NCBI GenBank assembly: GCA_963674755.2
Contig: CAXXVS010000002.1
Span: forward strand, 1,440,001 to 1,504,000
DNA length: 64,000 nt
Source: Desulfobacterales bacterium
Lineage (GTDB): Bacteria; Desulfobacterota; Desulfobacteria; Desulfobacterales; UBA5852
Direction of reading: 5' to 3'
The notes below the pieces were generated by a model. The model saw only the letters and a list, made by a program, of their open reading frames with translations, searched no databases and was not told the DNA's origin. Both the position numbers and the translations under genes were made by a program. This document shows, piece by piece, positions 1 to 8,956 of this stretch (within the stretch, counting starts at the first letter, position 1; the number at the start of each line of letters is the position of its first letter).

Positions 1-129
1 GACTGCTTGGAGAACTTGAACCAGGCTTTCAACGCCGCTATCCCCCCACCCCAAAACCTGCCAGACGACCTTTTTTGGGGAACCGGTCACCCCCTGCTTG
101 AAGCCAGCCCCGGGCTCTGCTACAGATGA
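1..129 (+). CDS. Possible 3' end of an upstream gene (partial)
   Basis: Frame 1 is open from base 1 to TGA at 127-129 (DCLENLNQAFNAA...GLCYR*); no recognisable motif. Confidence 0.3.
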   Translation, partial: DCLENLNQAFNAAIPPPQNLPDDLFWGTGHPLLEASPGLCYR

Positions 130-140
130 CCGATCCGTTC

Positions 141-191
141 TGGAACACATCCCGCAAATGAGGCCAATAGACATTTTTGCGATGTGTTCTG
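141..191. repeat. Internally deleted copy of hairpin element family 1
   Basis: gaacacatcccgcaaa...tttgcgatgtgttc inverted repeat; right end shares ttttgcgatgtgttct with the 1667-1903 copy. Confidence 0.7.
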
Positions 192-211
192 ACCACACGA
201 AAGGTTTCCCT

Positions 212-1558
212 ATGACCCACATGACGAGCGACCGTACGAAAGGCCATGTCTTCCCGCGTCGACTGGATCCCCCCCTGCCGGTGGCCGTCAAAGCCGACGA
301 CGTCTGGATCGAGGACCATCAGGGACGTCGCTACCTGGATGCCACCGGCGGGGCCGTCGTGGTCAATGTCGGTCATGGCCGCGAGGCGATCGCCCGGGCC
401 GTTTACGACCAGATCCGGACCTGCGACTATGTTCATCCCACCATGATGACGACCCCGACGGTCGAGAGACTGGCCGCCGCTCTCAGCGGCCATGCGCCGG
501 AAGGCATCGAGCGGTTCTATTTTCTTTCCGGTGGCGGGGAAGCCAACGAAGCCGCCATCAAGTTGGCCCGGCAGATTCATCTCGCGGCCGGCCGGCCTGA
601 AAAATTCCGTCTTATCGCCCGTTGGCAATCCTACCACGGGTTGACCCTGGGGGCCCTCTCGGCCATGGGCCGCACCTCCTTCCGGACCCCCTTTGCACCG
701 CTGCTGGCCGACGCGGTGCACATCCCGCCCCCCTATTGCCTGCGCTGCGCCTTCGGCCTCACCTATCCCGGCTGCGCCTTGCGTTGCGCCCTGGCCCTGG
801 AAGACGCCATTCAGAACATGGGAGCAGAGACCGTTTCGGCGTTCATGGCCGAGACGGTCAGCGGCGGCACCCTGGCGGCCTGTGCCCCGCCGGAAGGCTA
901 TTTCGCCACCGTTCGCGACATCTGCAAGCGCTACGACGTGCTCCTGATCCTCGATGAGGTGCTCTGCGGCATGGGGCGCACGGGGCAGTGGTTCGCCTGC
1001 CAGCACGAGGGCGTCTCCCCGGACCTTATCACCCTCGGCAAGGGCCTGTCCGGCGGGACCCTGGCCATCTCCGCCCTGGGCGTTCAGCAGCAGCACTTCG
1101 CAAGCGTATGCGCGGACGGCGGCACTTTCATTCACGGCGGCACCTTTACCCATCATGGCGTGGCCGCGGCCGCCGCCCTGGCGGTCGTGGAAATCTTGGA
1201 GAAGGAAGATCTGGTTGGCCGGGTGGCTCACCACGGCCCTCTTCTCGGCGAGATGCTGGCCCAAGAACTGGGGAGCCTTCCCTGGGTGGGGGACATTCGG
1301 GGACGCGGTTTTTTGTGGGGGGTGGAACTGGTGACGGACCGCGACACCCTGAGGCCCTTTCCCCGGCGTGAGCAGGTGGCCGAAAGGGTCTGGCAAGCCC
1401 TCTACGATCAAGGCGTGATAACCTACAAATCCACCGGGCTGGCCGGAATCGACGGCGACGCCATTCTCATTGCCCCGCCCTTTATCATGTCGCCCGAGGA
1501 TCTCCAGATGGTTTGCACAAAGCTCGCCCGGGCGATTGCCACGACCCTGGATCGCTGA
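212..1558 (+). CDS. Class III PLP-dependent aminotransferase
   Basis: YLDATGG, SGGGEANEAAIKLAR, SYHG, LILDEV, LGKGL (PLP Lys) motifs; ATG at 212 follows an aaagg RBS. Confidence 0.92.
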   Translation: MTHMTSDRTKGHVFPRRLDPPLPVAVKADDVWIEDHQGRRYLDATGGAVVVNVGHGREAIARAVYDQIRTCDYVHPTMMTTPTVERLAAALSGHAPEGIERFYFLSGGGEANEAAIKLARQIHLAAGRPEKFRLIARWQSYHGLTLGALSAMGRTSFRTPFAPLLADAVHIPPPYCLRCAFGLTYPGCALRCALALEDAIQNMGAETVSAFMAETVSGGTLAACAPPEGYFATVRDICKRYDVLLILDEVLCGMGRTGQWFACQHEGVSPDLITLGKGLSGGTLAISALGVQQQHFASVCADGGTFIHGGTFTHHGVAAAAALAVVEILEKEDLVGRVAHHGPLLGEMLAQELGSLPWVGDIRGRGFLWGVELVTDRDTLRPFPRREQVAERVWQALYDQGVITYKSTGLAGIDGDAILIAPPFIMSPEDLQMVCTKLARAIATTLDR

Positions 1559-1666
1559 CCGCCATCGACGCCTCAGGGATGCCGGCAGCGTCGGCCGCAG
1601 CAGGCCCTGTCCCGTCATCTATCCGCGGCCGGACGCTGTCCGGCGTGTAAGCTTCCGGCCTTTCCC

Positions 1667-1903
1667 TATAACACCTCTCAAAAAAGTCTTTTGGCCCGAT
1701 CCGCCAGAGGTGGACAAGTCCCGGCGTTGGGCGCTCGTCTTGAGTCCTCGAAATACCAATGTATTTACCCCAGGGGCACTTCCGTTGGGTGCCTACCGCT
1801 CACACCCTCCGCAAGGGATACATCAGACGGGAAGTCCCGCGGAGCGGGAACACGCTCGTCCGCCGTATCTGGAACCAAAATCCTAATTTTGCGATGTGTT
1901 CTA
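1667..1903. repeat. Hairpin element family 1, long copy (MITE/REP-like)
   Basis: Imperfect terminal inverted repeats tataacacctctcaaaa / ttttgcgatgtgttcta; near-identical segment in the reverse complement of 18467-18600. Confidence 0.85.
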
Positions 1904-2554
1904 ATAGGTCCATCCCAGAATCCCCATGGCCACCACATTTGCGACAATGGCAATACTGTAGAGCGACGACACCGTGATCACTTTGGCGCGCATGGTTTTC
2001 ATGCCGATCACCAGCAGCGCGGCCACGTAGAAGTGAAAATAGCCGAAGAGAAAAATCAGCCAGACGCCTTTGAAGGACCGGTTCCACCACGGGTATTCCC
2101 AGACCAGGTGACCGCCTTTGTTCAGCAGGCACTCCACGAATACGCAGAAGACGGAGTAGCCGATGGCCCAGAACCAGCGGTCGGGGATGCCCAGAATCTT
2201 GTCTTTGGGATTGTCGGAGAGGGTGTAGTAGTAAATGATGCCGGAGAGCAGAAACATGAAGATGATTTCGATGTTCCAGCCCACCATGGTCCGCAGGGCC
2301 GTGTCGCCGGGCGCGGTCCAGAGGGCGGAGCGCTGGGTGAAATGCAGCACCCAGCCGTTCCAGGTTTCGTTGATGAAGTCCATGCCGAAGATGGTCAGAC
2401 CGGCCAGGACCGCATTCCAATTGCCCGTGTTGCGGGCCTTGTTGATTTCCACGGCATAAATGTAGAAGACAATGGCCAGCAAAGGGATGACATACCATTT
2501 CAGGGTGGTAAGGTCGCGGAGTCCGTGGAGCGCTTGCAGAGAGGCCGGAGTCAT
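1901..2554 (-). CDS. Hypothetical integral membrane protein
   Basis: 217 aa with several hydrophobic, Trp/Tyr-rich segments; aaggag RBS upstream. Confidence 0.8.
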   Translation of the reverse strand: MTPASLQALHGLRDLTTLKWYVIPLLAIVFYIYAVEINKARNTGNWNAVLAGLTIFGMDFINETWNGWVLHFTQRSALWTAPGDTALRTMVGWNIEIIFMFLLSGIIYYYTLSDNPKDKILGIPDRWFWAIGYSVFCVFVECLLNKGGHLVWEYPWWNRSFKGVWLIFLFGYFHFYVAALLVIGMKTMRAKVITVSSLYSIAIVANVVAMGILGWTY

Positions 2555-2624
2555 CTTTTCTTCTCCTTTTCCGTTGTGTCGTGGTCAAGTTTTCTTCAGT
2601 GTTTTACGGCTGTATATGGGCTTC

Positions 2625-2660
2625 ATCGGATTCGAAATCGCAATCGGGATCGCGATCGAT
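2625..2660. repeat. ATCGNN hexamer tandem array (repeat family 2)
   Basis: atcgga ttcgaa atcgca atcggg atcgcg atcgat; same unit at 12423-12485. Confidence 0.7.
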
Positions 2661-2721
2661 TTTCTAATTGAGGTGGCGCCCGGACGAAACGTAATTTTTC
2701 CCTTTAAACGCGGCGTGTGCA

Positions 2722-3750
2722 TTATAACTTCCCAAACCGATCCTGCACAAGGCCTTCCACCTCGGCTTTGCGATGGCAGGCCACCCGGTGGTCTGCCGTA
2801 AAGGGCTCCAGGGCCGGTTCTTCGTAGCGGCAGCGGTCGATCACAAACGGGCAGCGCGTATGAAAACGGCATCCGTCCGGAGGATTCAAGGGGCTGGGCA
2901 CATCGCCCTGCAACACGATGCGCCGGGTGCGCCGGGTCATCTCCGGGATGGGAATGCCGGACAAAAGAGCGTGGGTGTATGGATGCCGGGACCCATTGAA
3001 AAGCGTCGGCGTGGGAGCGGTTTCGACCACCTTGCCCAGATACATCACCGCCAGGCGGTTGCTGATGTATTTGACCACTAGCAGATGGTGGGTCACGAAA
3101 AGATAGGTCAGTTCCAGCCGCTCCCGCAGCGCCTGCAGCAGGTTCAGGATCTGGGCCTGCACCGAGACATCCAGGGCCGAGGTGGGTTCGTCCAGTACCA
3201 TAAATTCCGGATCGGTCGCGATGGCCCGCGCCACGGCGATGCGCTGGCGCTGTCCACCCGAAAATTCGTGGGGGTAGCGCAGGTAGTGGTCTTTGGTGAG
3301 CCCCACCAGGGATAGAAGCTCCAGGATGCGGGTCTCCAAGGCGCGACTGCCCATGGCGGCGTGTTCGCGCAAGGGCTCGGCAATGATGTTCTTCACCAGC
3401 ATGCGGGGGTTTAAGGAAGTGCTGGGGTCCTGGAAAACCATCTGCAGGCGCCCCCGGATCCCTTCCTGTTTGAGGGCCCGCCGCGGCAGCGCCGCGATAT
3501 CCAGCGGTTCTTCACCGTTGTCGCCATGATAGAAAATCTGCCCGGCGGTCGGCCGATGCATCCGCACCAGGGCCTTGCCGGTGGTGGTCTTGCCGCAGCC
3601 GGATTCACCCACCAGCCCCAGGCATTCGCCCCGGTAGATATCCAGGTCGATCCCGTCCAGCGCTTTGACCGAGGCCACCTGGCGGCGCAAGACACCGCCC
3701 CGCACGGGATAGTGTTTCTTGAGGCCGCGCAGCTCGAAGAGCTTCTTCAT
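2722..3750 (-). CDS. dppF: Oligopeptide/dipeptide ABC transporter ATP-binding subunit
   Basis: GESGCGKTT, FSGGQRQR, LDEPTSALD, C-terminal HPYT and GCRFHTRC; start MKKLF overlaps the upstream stop. Confidence 0.92.
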   Translation of the reverse strand: MKKLFELRGLKKHYPVRGGVLRRQVASVKALDGIDLDIYRGECLGLVGESGCGKTTTGKALVRMHRPTAGQIFYHGDNGEEPLDIAALPRRALKQEGIRGRLQMVFQDPSTSLNPRMLVKNIIAEPLREHAAMGSRALETRILELLSLVGLTKDHYLRYPHEFSGGQRQRIAVARAIATDPEFMVLDEPTSALDVSVQAQILNLLQALRERLELTYLFVTHHLLVVKYISNRLAVMYLGKVVETAPTPTLFNGSRHPYTHALLSGIPIPEMTRRTRRIVLQGDVPSPLNPPDGCRFHTRCPFVIDRCRYEEPALEPFTADHRVACHRKAEVEGLVQDRFGKL

Positions 3751-4922
3751 CGCGGGCCCCCCGTTCGCGGCCGGTCGGTGTAAAGATAGCAGGCCACCGT
3801 GTGTCCGGGACCCATGGCCACCATTTCCGGGAAATGACGCCGGCAGATGTCTTTCGCCTCGGGGCAGCGGGGATGGAACCGGCATCCGGGGGGCGCATTC
3901 ACCAGATTGGGCACCGCCCCGTCAATGCTGCGCAGCGGGTCCTCCTGGTGGAAGCGCGGCACCGCCTCGAGCAGGGCCCGGGTGTAGGGATGGCGCGGGG
4001 TCTGGAAGAGATCGGCCACATCGGCCACTTCACAGAGATTGCCGGCATACATGACCCCCACCCGGTCACAGGTCTCGGCCACCACCCCCAGGTCGTGGGT
4101 GATGAACAGGATAGCGGCAATTTCCGTCTGCCGCAGGCCGCGCATCAGGTCCAGGATCTGGGCCTGGATCGTGACGTCCAGATTGGAGGTGGCCTCGTCG
4201 GCGATCAGCAGCAACGGGCTGCAGGCCAGGGCCATGGCGATCACGATGCGCTGCTTCATTCCTCCCGAAAGGTTGTGGGGATAGAGCCGGACCACTTCCG
4301 CGGGATTGGGAATGCCCAAATTGCCGATAATCTCAATCGATCGGCGCCAGGCCTCCGCCTTGAGGCGTTTCTGCCAGCGGCGCACCAGAGGCAAACGCGC
4401 GCTCAGGGCCACCAGGGGAGCCCGGGGATTCTCCGCCGCCCGGGCGTAGATCCTCTTTTGAAAAGCGGCCAGGGGCCCGGCCGCCGGACCATGGGGGTGG
4501 TTCAGCTCTTGCAGGACAGCGGCGCACATTTCCTTCTGGCGGTGAAAGAGAAAACTTTCGGCCACCTGGTCGCCGATGCTCATGATGGGATTCAGGGCGG
4601 CGTTGGGCTCCTGAAAAATCATGGACATGCGGTTGCCCCGCAGATGCGCCACATAGGCCTCCGACTGCCGGAGCAGGTCGACGCCCCGCCGGTCGTCCGG
4701 GTCGAAGAACACCACCACCTTGCCCCCCTCCACCCGGCCGGGCTCCGGGATGATGCGCATCATGGACCGCACGGCCACGCTCTTGCCGCAGCCGGACTCG
4801 CCCACCAGGCCGAAGGCGGTGCCGTAATCCACCACCAGGCTGATCCCGTTGAGGGCCCGCACGACGCCCTCGTAGGTGTAGAAATTGGTGACCAGGTTTT
4901 CCGTTTCGATCAGGGGCGTCAT
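3747..4922 (-). CDS. dppD: Oligopeptide/dipeptide ABC transporter ATP-binding subunit
   Basis: [33 protein letters not shown]; start [10 protein letters not shown]. Confidence 0.92.
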   Translation of the reverse strand: MTPLIETENLVTNFYTYEGVVRALNGISLVVDYGTAFGLVGESGCGKSVAVRSMMRIIPEPGRVEGGKVVVFFDPDDRRGVDLLRQSEAYVAHLRGNRMSMIFQEPNAALNPIMSIGDQVAESFLFHRQKEMCAAVLQELNHPHGPAAGPLAAFQKRIYARAAENPRAPLVALSARLPLVRRWQKRLKAEAWRRSIEIIGNLGIPNPAEVVRLYPHNLSGGMKQRIVIAMALACSPLLLIADEATSNLDVTIQAQILDLMRGLRQTEIAAILFITHDLGVVAETCDRVGVMYAGNLCEVADVADLFQTPRHPYTRALLEAVPRFHQEDPLRSIDGAVPNLVNAPPGCRFHPRCPEAKDICRRHFPEMVAMGPGHTVACYLYTDRPRTGGPR

Positions 4923-4927
4923 GGGGG

Positions 4928-5833
4928 TCACCTCCGGCGCAGCTTGGGATCGAAGGCGTCCCGCAGGGCGTCGCCGATGAGGTTCCAGGCCAGAACGAAG
5001 AGAATGATGCAGGCCCCCGGAATGACGATGGTGTACCAGAAGCGCAGGGGATCGTCCGGCGGCCCCACGATGTAATTGCGGGCCAGGGCCACCATCTGCC
5101 CCCAGTCGGCATAGCCCTTGGGCGACCCCAGCCCCACGAAGCTCATGAAGGAGGCTGTGATCACCATGGACCCCATGTCCATGGAGGCCATGATCAGTAC
5201 CGGATAGATGGCGTTGGGCACAATATGGCGCCGGATGATCTTGAAGTCCCCCACCCCCATCAGCCGCGCCGCCTGGACGAAATCCTGATCCCGCAGGGTC
5301 AGGATTTCGGAGCGGATGACCCGCACGTACCAGCGCCACTGGATCAGGGCCAGGGCGATCATGACCTTGTCCAGCCCCCGGCCGAAGGCCACCACGATGG
5401 CCATGGCCAGCACGAGGGTCGGGATGGCCCACATGACATCGGTGACCCGCATGAGCATCTCGTCCAGCCAGCCGCCGTAGTAACCCGCCACGGCCCCCAG
5501 GCTCACCCCCACCAGGCCCGACCAAAGCACCACGAAGAAGCCGATCTTGAAGGCCGTCCGCGTGCCCCAGACCACGCCGTAGTAAATGTCGTATTGGCCC
5601 GAGGTGGTGCCGAAGACCGCCCTTTCACTCGGGGGTTTGGGTGTGGGCGAAAACCCTTTATGGGGCATCTGGTAGGGATTGTGGGCGTACTTGGGAGGGG
5701 CCAGGACCGGTGCCAAAAGCGCCACCCCCACAAAAAACAGCAACAGGGTGAACCCGATCACGGCCGAGGGATTGCGGAAGATGCGGTAGAGCGTGTAGTT
5801 CAGTTCGCGCAGTCGGGGATGGGTGTTTTCCAT
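4928..5833 (-). CDS. dppC: Peptide ABC transporter permease
   Basis: EAA-type loop FVQAARLMG, C-terminal NLIGDALRDAFDPK. Confidence 0.93.
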   Translation of the reverse strand: MENTHPRLRELNYTLYRIFRNPSAVIGFTLLLFFVGVALLAPVLAPPKYAHNPYQMPHKGFSPTPKPPSERAVFGTTSGQYDIYYGVVWGTRTAFKIGFFVVLWSGLVGVSLGAVAGYYGGWLDEMLMRVTDVMWAIPTLVLAMAIVVAFGRGLDKVMIALALIQWRWYVRVIRSEILTLRDQDFVQAARLMGVGDFKIIRRHIVPNAIYPVLIMASMDMGSMVITASFMSFVGLGSPKGYADWGQMVALARNYIVGPPDDPLRFWYTIVIPGACIILFVLAWNLIGDALRDAFDPKLRRR

Positions 5834-5845
5834 AAGGGCTGCGCC

Positions 5846-6877
5846 TCAACTCAAACGGATACGGGGATCGATATAGGCATAAAGGACGTCGATGGTCAGG
5901 TTGGTCACCACGAACACCACGCCCATGAAAAGGCAGATGCACATCAGCACCGGCATGTCCAGCTGGGTGGCGGATTCGGCCAGCCACCAGCCGATGCCCT
6001 GCCGGTTGTAGACCACCTCCACGGCGATGCTGCCCTCCATGGACATGGCCACCAGCTGCCCGGCCACGGTCACCACCGGCAGCAGGGCGTTGCGGCGGGC
6101 GTGCTTATAGTGGATCGTCCGGCGATCGGCGCCCTTGGCGCGGGCCGTGAGGACATAGTCCTTGGAGAGCTCCTCGATCATGCCGGAGCGCATGACGCGC
6201 ATGTTGAGGGCCACCACCACGATCACGTAAGTGGCGATGGGCAGCACCAGATGGCGCAGGGCGTCCAGGGCAATCTCCGGACGCCCGTTCAGCAGGCCGT
6301 CGATGGTCAGCATCCCGGTGTAAGCGGTGTATTGTTCGGGGTGATCGATGATCCACATGGTCAGGGGGTCGCTCAGCACCCCCGGGGAGAAGAGATGAAA
6401 ATAGCCGTAGAAAACCATCAACAGGACCAGGGCGAAGAGAAAGGTCGGCAGGGACCACCCGATAATGGCGAAAATCCGCGTGCCGTGATCGATCCAGCTG
6501 TCTCGGTGGATTCCGGCCATGGACCCCAGCCATATCCCCAGAAAAATCACGATGGGCGCGGCATAGAGATTCATCTCCAGGGTGATGGGAAAATAGCGCC
6601 AGAAGGCTTCCCGCACCGGACGGGCCGCCACCAGGGACCAGCCCAGGTTGCCACGGGCCACCTCTTTGATCCAGCGTACGTATTGAATATAAAGGGGATC
6701 GTCGAGACCGAACTGCCGGATCAGGCGGGGAATATCCTTGGCCTGCTGAGGGGTGGTGACATAGGCGGCGGCCCGGCGCTCGGGGCTGAAGGTCATCAGA
6801 ATGCCGAACAGCAGCACCGAGACGCCGAAGAGCACGAAGGTCAGAAAGAAAAACCGCCTGAGAATGTACGTGGGCAT
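5846..6877 (-). CDS. dppB: Peptide ABC transporter permease
   Basis: YILRR N-terminus, DYVLTARAKG, HARRNALLP, DVLYAYIDPRIR. Confidence 0.93.
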   Translation of the reverse strand: MPTYILRRFFFLTFVLFGVSVLLFGILMTFSPERRAAAYVTTPQQAKDIPRLIRQFGLDDPLYIQYVRWIKEVARGNLGWSLVAARPVREAFWRYFPITLEMNLYAAPIVIFLGIWLGSMAGIHRDSWIDHGTRIFAIIGWSLPTFLFALVLLMVFYGYFHLFSPGVLSDPLTMWIIDHPEQYTAYTGMLTIDGLLNGRPEIALDALRHLVLPIATYVIVVVALNMRVMRSGMIEELSKDYVLTARAKGADRRTIHYKHARRNALLPVVTVAGQLVAMSMEGSIAVEVVYNRQGIGWWLAESATQLDMPVLMCICLFMGVVFVVTNLTIDVLYAYIDPRIRLS

Positions 6878-6942
6878 AAGCAGTCAAAAAAAACGTAACG
6901 CGGTTATCTGGAATGCTCAAGTTGGCTTTAATGTAAAAGACC

Positions 6943-7005
6943 ACCACGAAGATCACAAAGGGATTCATCTCCTCCCGATCGGAATCTCTTCATGTTCTTC
7001 GTGGT
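6943..7005. repeat. 9-nt-period inverted repeat (repeat family 3)
   Basis: accacgaag-atcacaaag ... cttcatgtt-cttcgtggt; related ends at 23993-24196. Confidence 0.7.
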
Positions 7006-7060
7006 AAACGCTTTTGAAATCACCCAATAGCATTTCTGCTGCGAGACTTAAAAGGAGATA

Positions 7061-8806
7061 TCATTCCTTCCAGATATCCATCAGCATCTCGTTGGCGTCC
7101 ATCAGCATGGGATTGGGGGTATAGCCCTTGACCCAGTCCCGGTAGGCCCGCACCACGATCTGCTGGTAGAGGGGTATGGCGATGGCTTCTTCGTAGAAGA
7201 GATCCTGCAGGCGCGAATAGATCTTCTCCCGCTGGGCCGGATCGATGGTGGCGATGCCCTCGTCGCAGAGGCGGTCCACTTCCGCGTTGTGGAAGGCCAT
7301 GTAGCGGCCGTAAACTCCCTGGGAATGCATGAAGGTGTAGACAAAATTGTGGGGGTCGGCATAGTCCGCGCCCCAGCCGATCAGAAAGAGCGGGTACATG
7401 AAGTTGCGGTACTTGACCAGGTAGTCCTTCCACTCCACGTTGCGGACCTCGATCTTGAACTTGGGATTGAGGGCCATGATGTTTTCGGCCAGCATGATGG
7501 CGGCCGCCTCGCGCATCTCGTTGCCCGTATTGTGGGTGATGATCATCTTGAAGCCCTTGTCCCACAACTGCCCGCCAAAGGCTTTTTGCATGTATTCGGC
7601 GGACTTGGTCAGATCGAAGGCGTAGACCGGCACCTCCTTGTGAAAGGCCAGGCCCTCGATGTCCGGGCTGGTGGGCATGATCACCAGGTCGTTGAACACA
7701 TCCTGGGCGTAAGTGGTGCGGTCGAAGGCGTGCAGGAAAGCCTTGCGTACATTGATGTCGCTGAAGAATTCCGGGGGGATCCCCTCCCCGTCCAGCTTTC
7801 CGCTGCCGATGTTGGGATTGCCGGCGGGATTGATCTTCTGGCAGAAGAAGGCCATGGTCACCGAAAGCTGGGGAACTTCATACAGGGTCAAGCCCTGCAT
7901 GGCCCTGACTTCGGGCACATAGGGATTGTCCACGGTCACGCGGTCGGCATCGCCGTTTTGGAGCATGAGTTTGCGGGTGCTCCACTCCTTCACGTATTTG
8001 ATGATGGCGGTCTTGAGCCGGGCCGGCCCGCCCCAGTACCCGTCGAAGCGCTCGAAAACGAACTGCTTGTTGGGCTCCCAGGACTTCATTTTGTAAGCGT
8101 TGGTGCCGTTGGTGATCTTTTGCAGGGGTTCGTGCCCCGGGGCCGGATTGTTGAACTTGGCAGCCGTTGCGATCGATCCGTCCCAACAGCCGTGGGCCAC
8201 GCACCATTCCTTGTTCATCACGACGGAAGCGGAATAGGCCAGGATACCCATGAAGGGCGGGTAGGCTTTGGGCAGGTGGAAGATCACCCGGTCGCCCTGG
8301 GCCTCGACGCAGCGGTCGATTTTTTCCATGATGCCGGGGATGAGTTTGCCGTTCTCGTCGCGGGTGGAGCCTTCGCCGGTCAACGCTTCCAACAGCATCC
8401 ACATGGGACCGCCGTCCGGGTCGGCGATCATGTTGCGTTTGAAGCTGTAGACCACATCCTCCGGCGTAAGGGTCTGGCCTTCATGGAACTTGACCCCTTT
8501 GCGTATGGTAAACGTGTAGGTTTTCCCGTCGACGGCAATGCCGCCATTGCCAAGGGTGGGCACCTCCGTCGTCAGCAAGGGCTTGAACTGGTCCGTGTGG
8601 CTGCCGTCAAAAAAAATCAGCGGCTCGTAGATGTTCCAGAGCCGCTGGGAGGAGGTGGTGTCATAGGCCACGCAGGGGTCTAAGGTGCGCAGGGTGCCGT
8701 AGGTCGCGAAGACAAAGGTGTCGGGATTTTTCACCTCGGCCTGGACCGTACAGACGGTCAGGGACAACAAAACGGCGAAAACATGGATGAAGATCGTCTT
8801 CTTCAT
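7061..8806 (-). CDS. dppA: Peptide ABC transporter substrate-binding protein (family 5)
   Basis: Signal peptide, TLDP, YTFTIRKGVKFHEG..LTPEDVVYS, GWGADYADP; aaaggagg RBS. Confidence 0.93.
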   Translation of the reverse strand: MKKTIFIHVFAVLLSLTVCTVQAEVKNPDTFVFATYGTLRTLDPCVAYDTTSSQRLWNIYEPLIFFDGSHTDQFKPLLTTEVPTLGNGGIAVDGKTYTFTIRKGVKFHEGQTLTPEDVVYSFKRNMIADPDGGPMWMLLEALTGEGSTRDENGKLIPGIMEKIDRCVEAQGDRVIFHLPKAYPPFMGILAYSASVVMNKEWCVAHGCWDGSIATAAKFNNPAPGHEPLQKITNGTNAYKMKSWEPNKQFVFERFDGYWGGPARLKTAIIKYVKEWSTRKLMLQNGDADRVTVDNPYVPEVRAMQGLTLYEVPQLSVTMAFFCQKINPAGNPNIGSGKLDGEGIPPEFFSDINVRKAFLHAFDRTTYAQDVFNDLVIMPTSPDIEGLAFHKEVPVYAFDLTKSAEYMQKAFGGQLWDKGFKMIITHNTGNEMREAAAIMLAENIMALNPKFKIEVRNVEWKDYLVKYRNFMYPLFLIGWGADYADPHNFVYTFMHSQGVYGRYMAFHNAEVDRLCDEGIATIDPAQREKIYSRLQDLFYEEAIAIPLYQQIVVRAYRDWVKGYTPNPMLMDANEMLMDIWKE

Positions 8807-8956
8807 AACGCCTCCTTTCAGGTTGGGGGTCCCTTTGTGGCAGGCCCAGAGATCCGCTAGACCACATTTGGGCATGCATCGGAAAAAACCGGATCAAGAC
8901 TGCTTGGTGCGCCGCTCCTGGTCAAGCCGGCGCGACCGGCATACTGCTCCAGACCA

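Noticed and set aside
38..1618. 526-aa minus-strand ORF and similar long antisense ORFs (e.g. 5225-6898, 7289-8683, 24141-26018, 39350-40705)
   Set aside because: Shadow frames of well-supported genes on the opposite strand; expected in high-GC DNA and lacking motifs.
3747..5525. N-terminal extensions in the ORF track (592-aa dppD, 542-aa gltD, 684-aa aceK, 584-aa polyferredoxin)
   Set aside because: The extensions overlap upstream genes; family-typical starts lie downstream, so these are not fusions.
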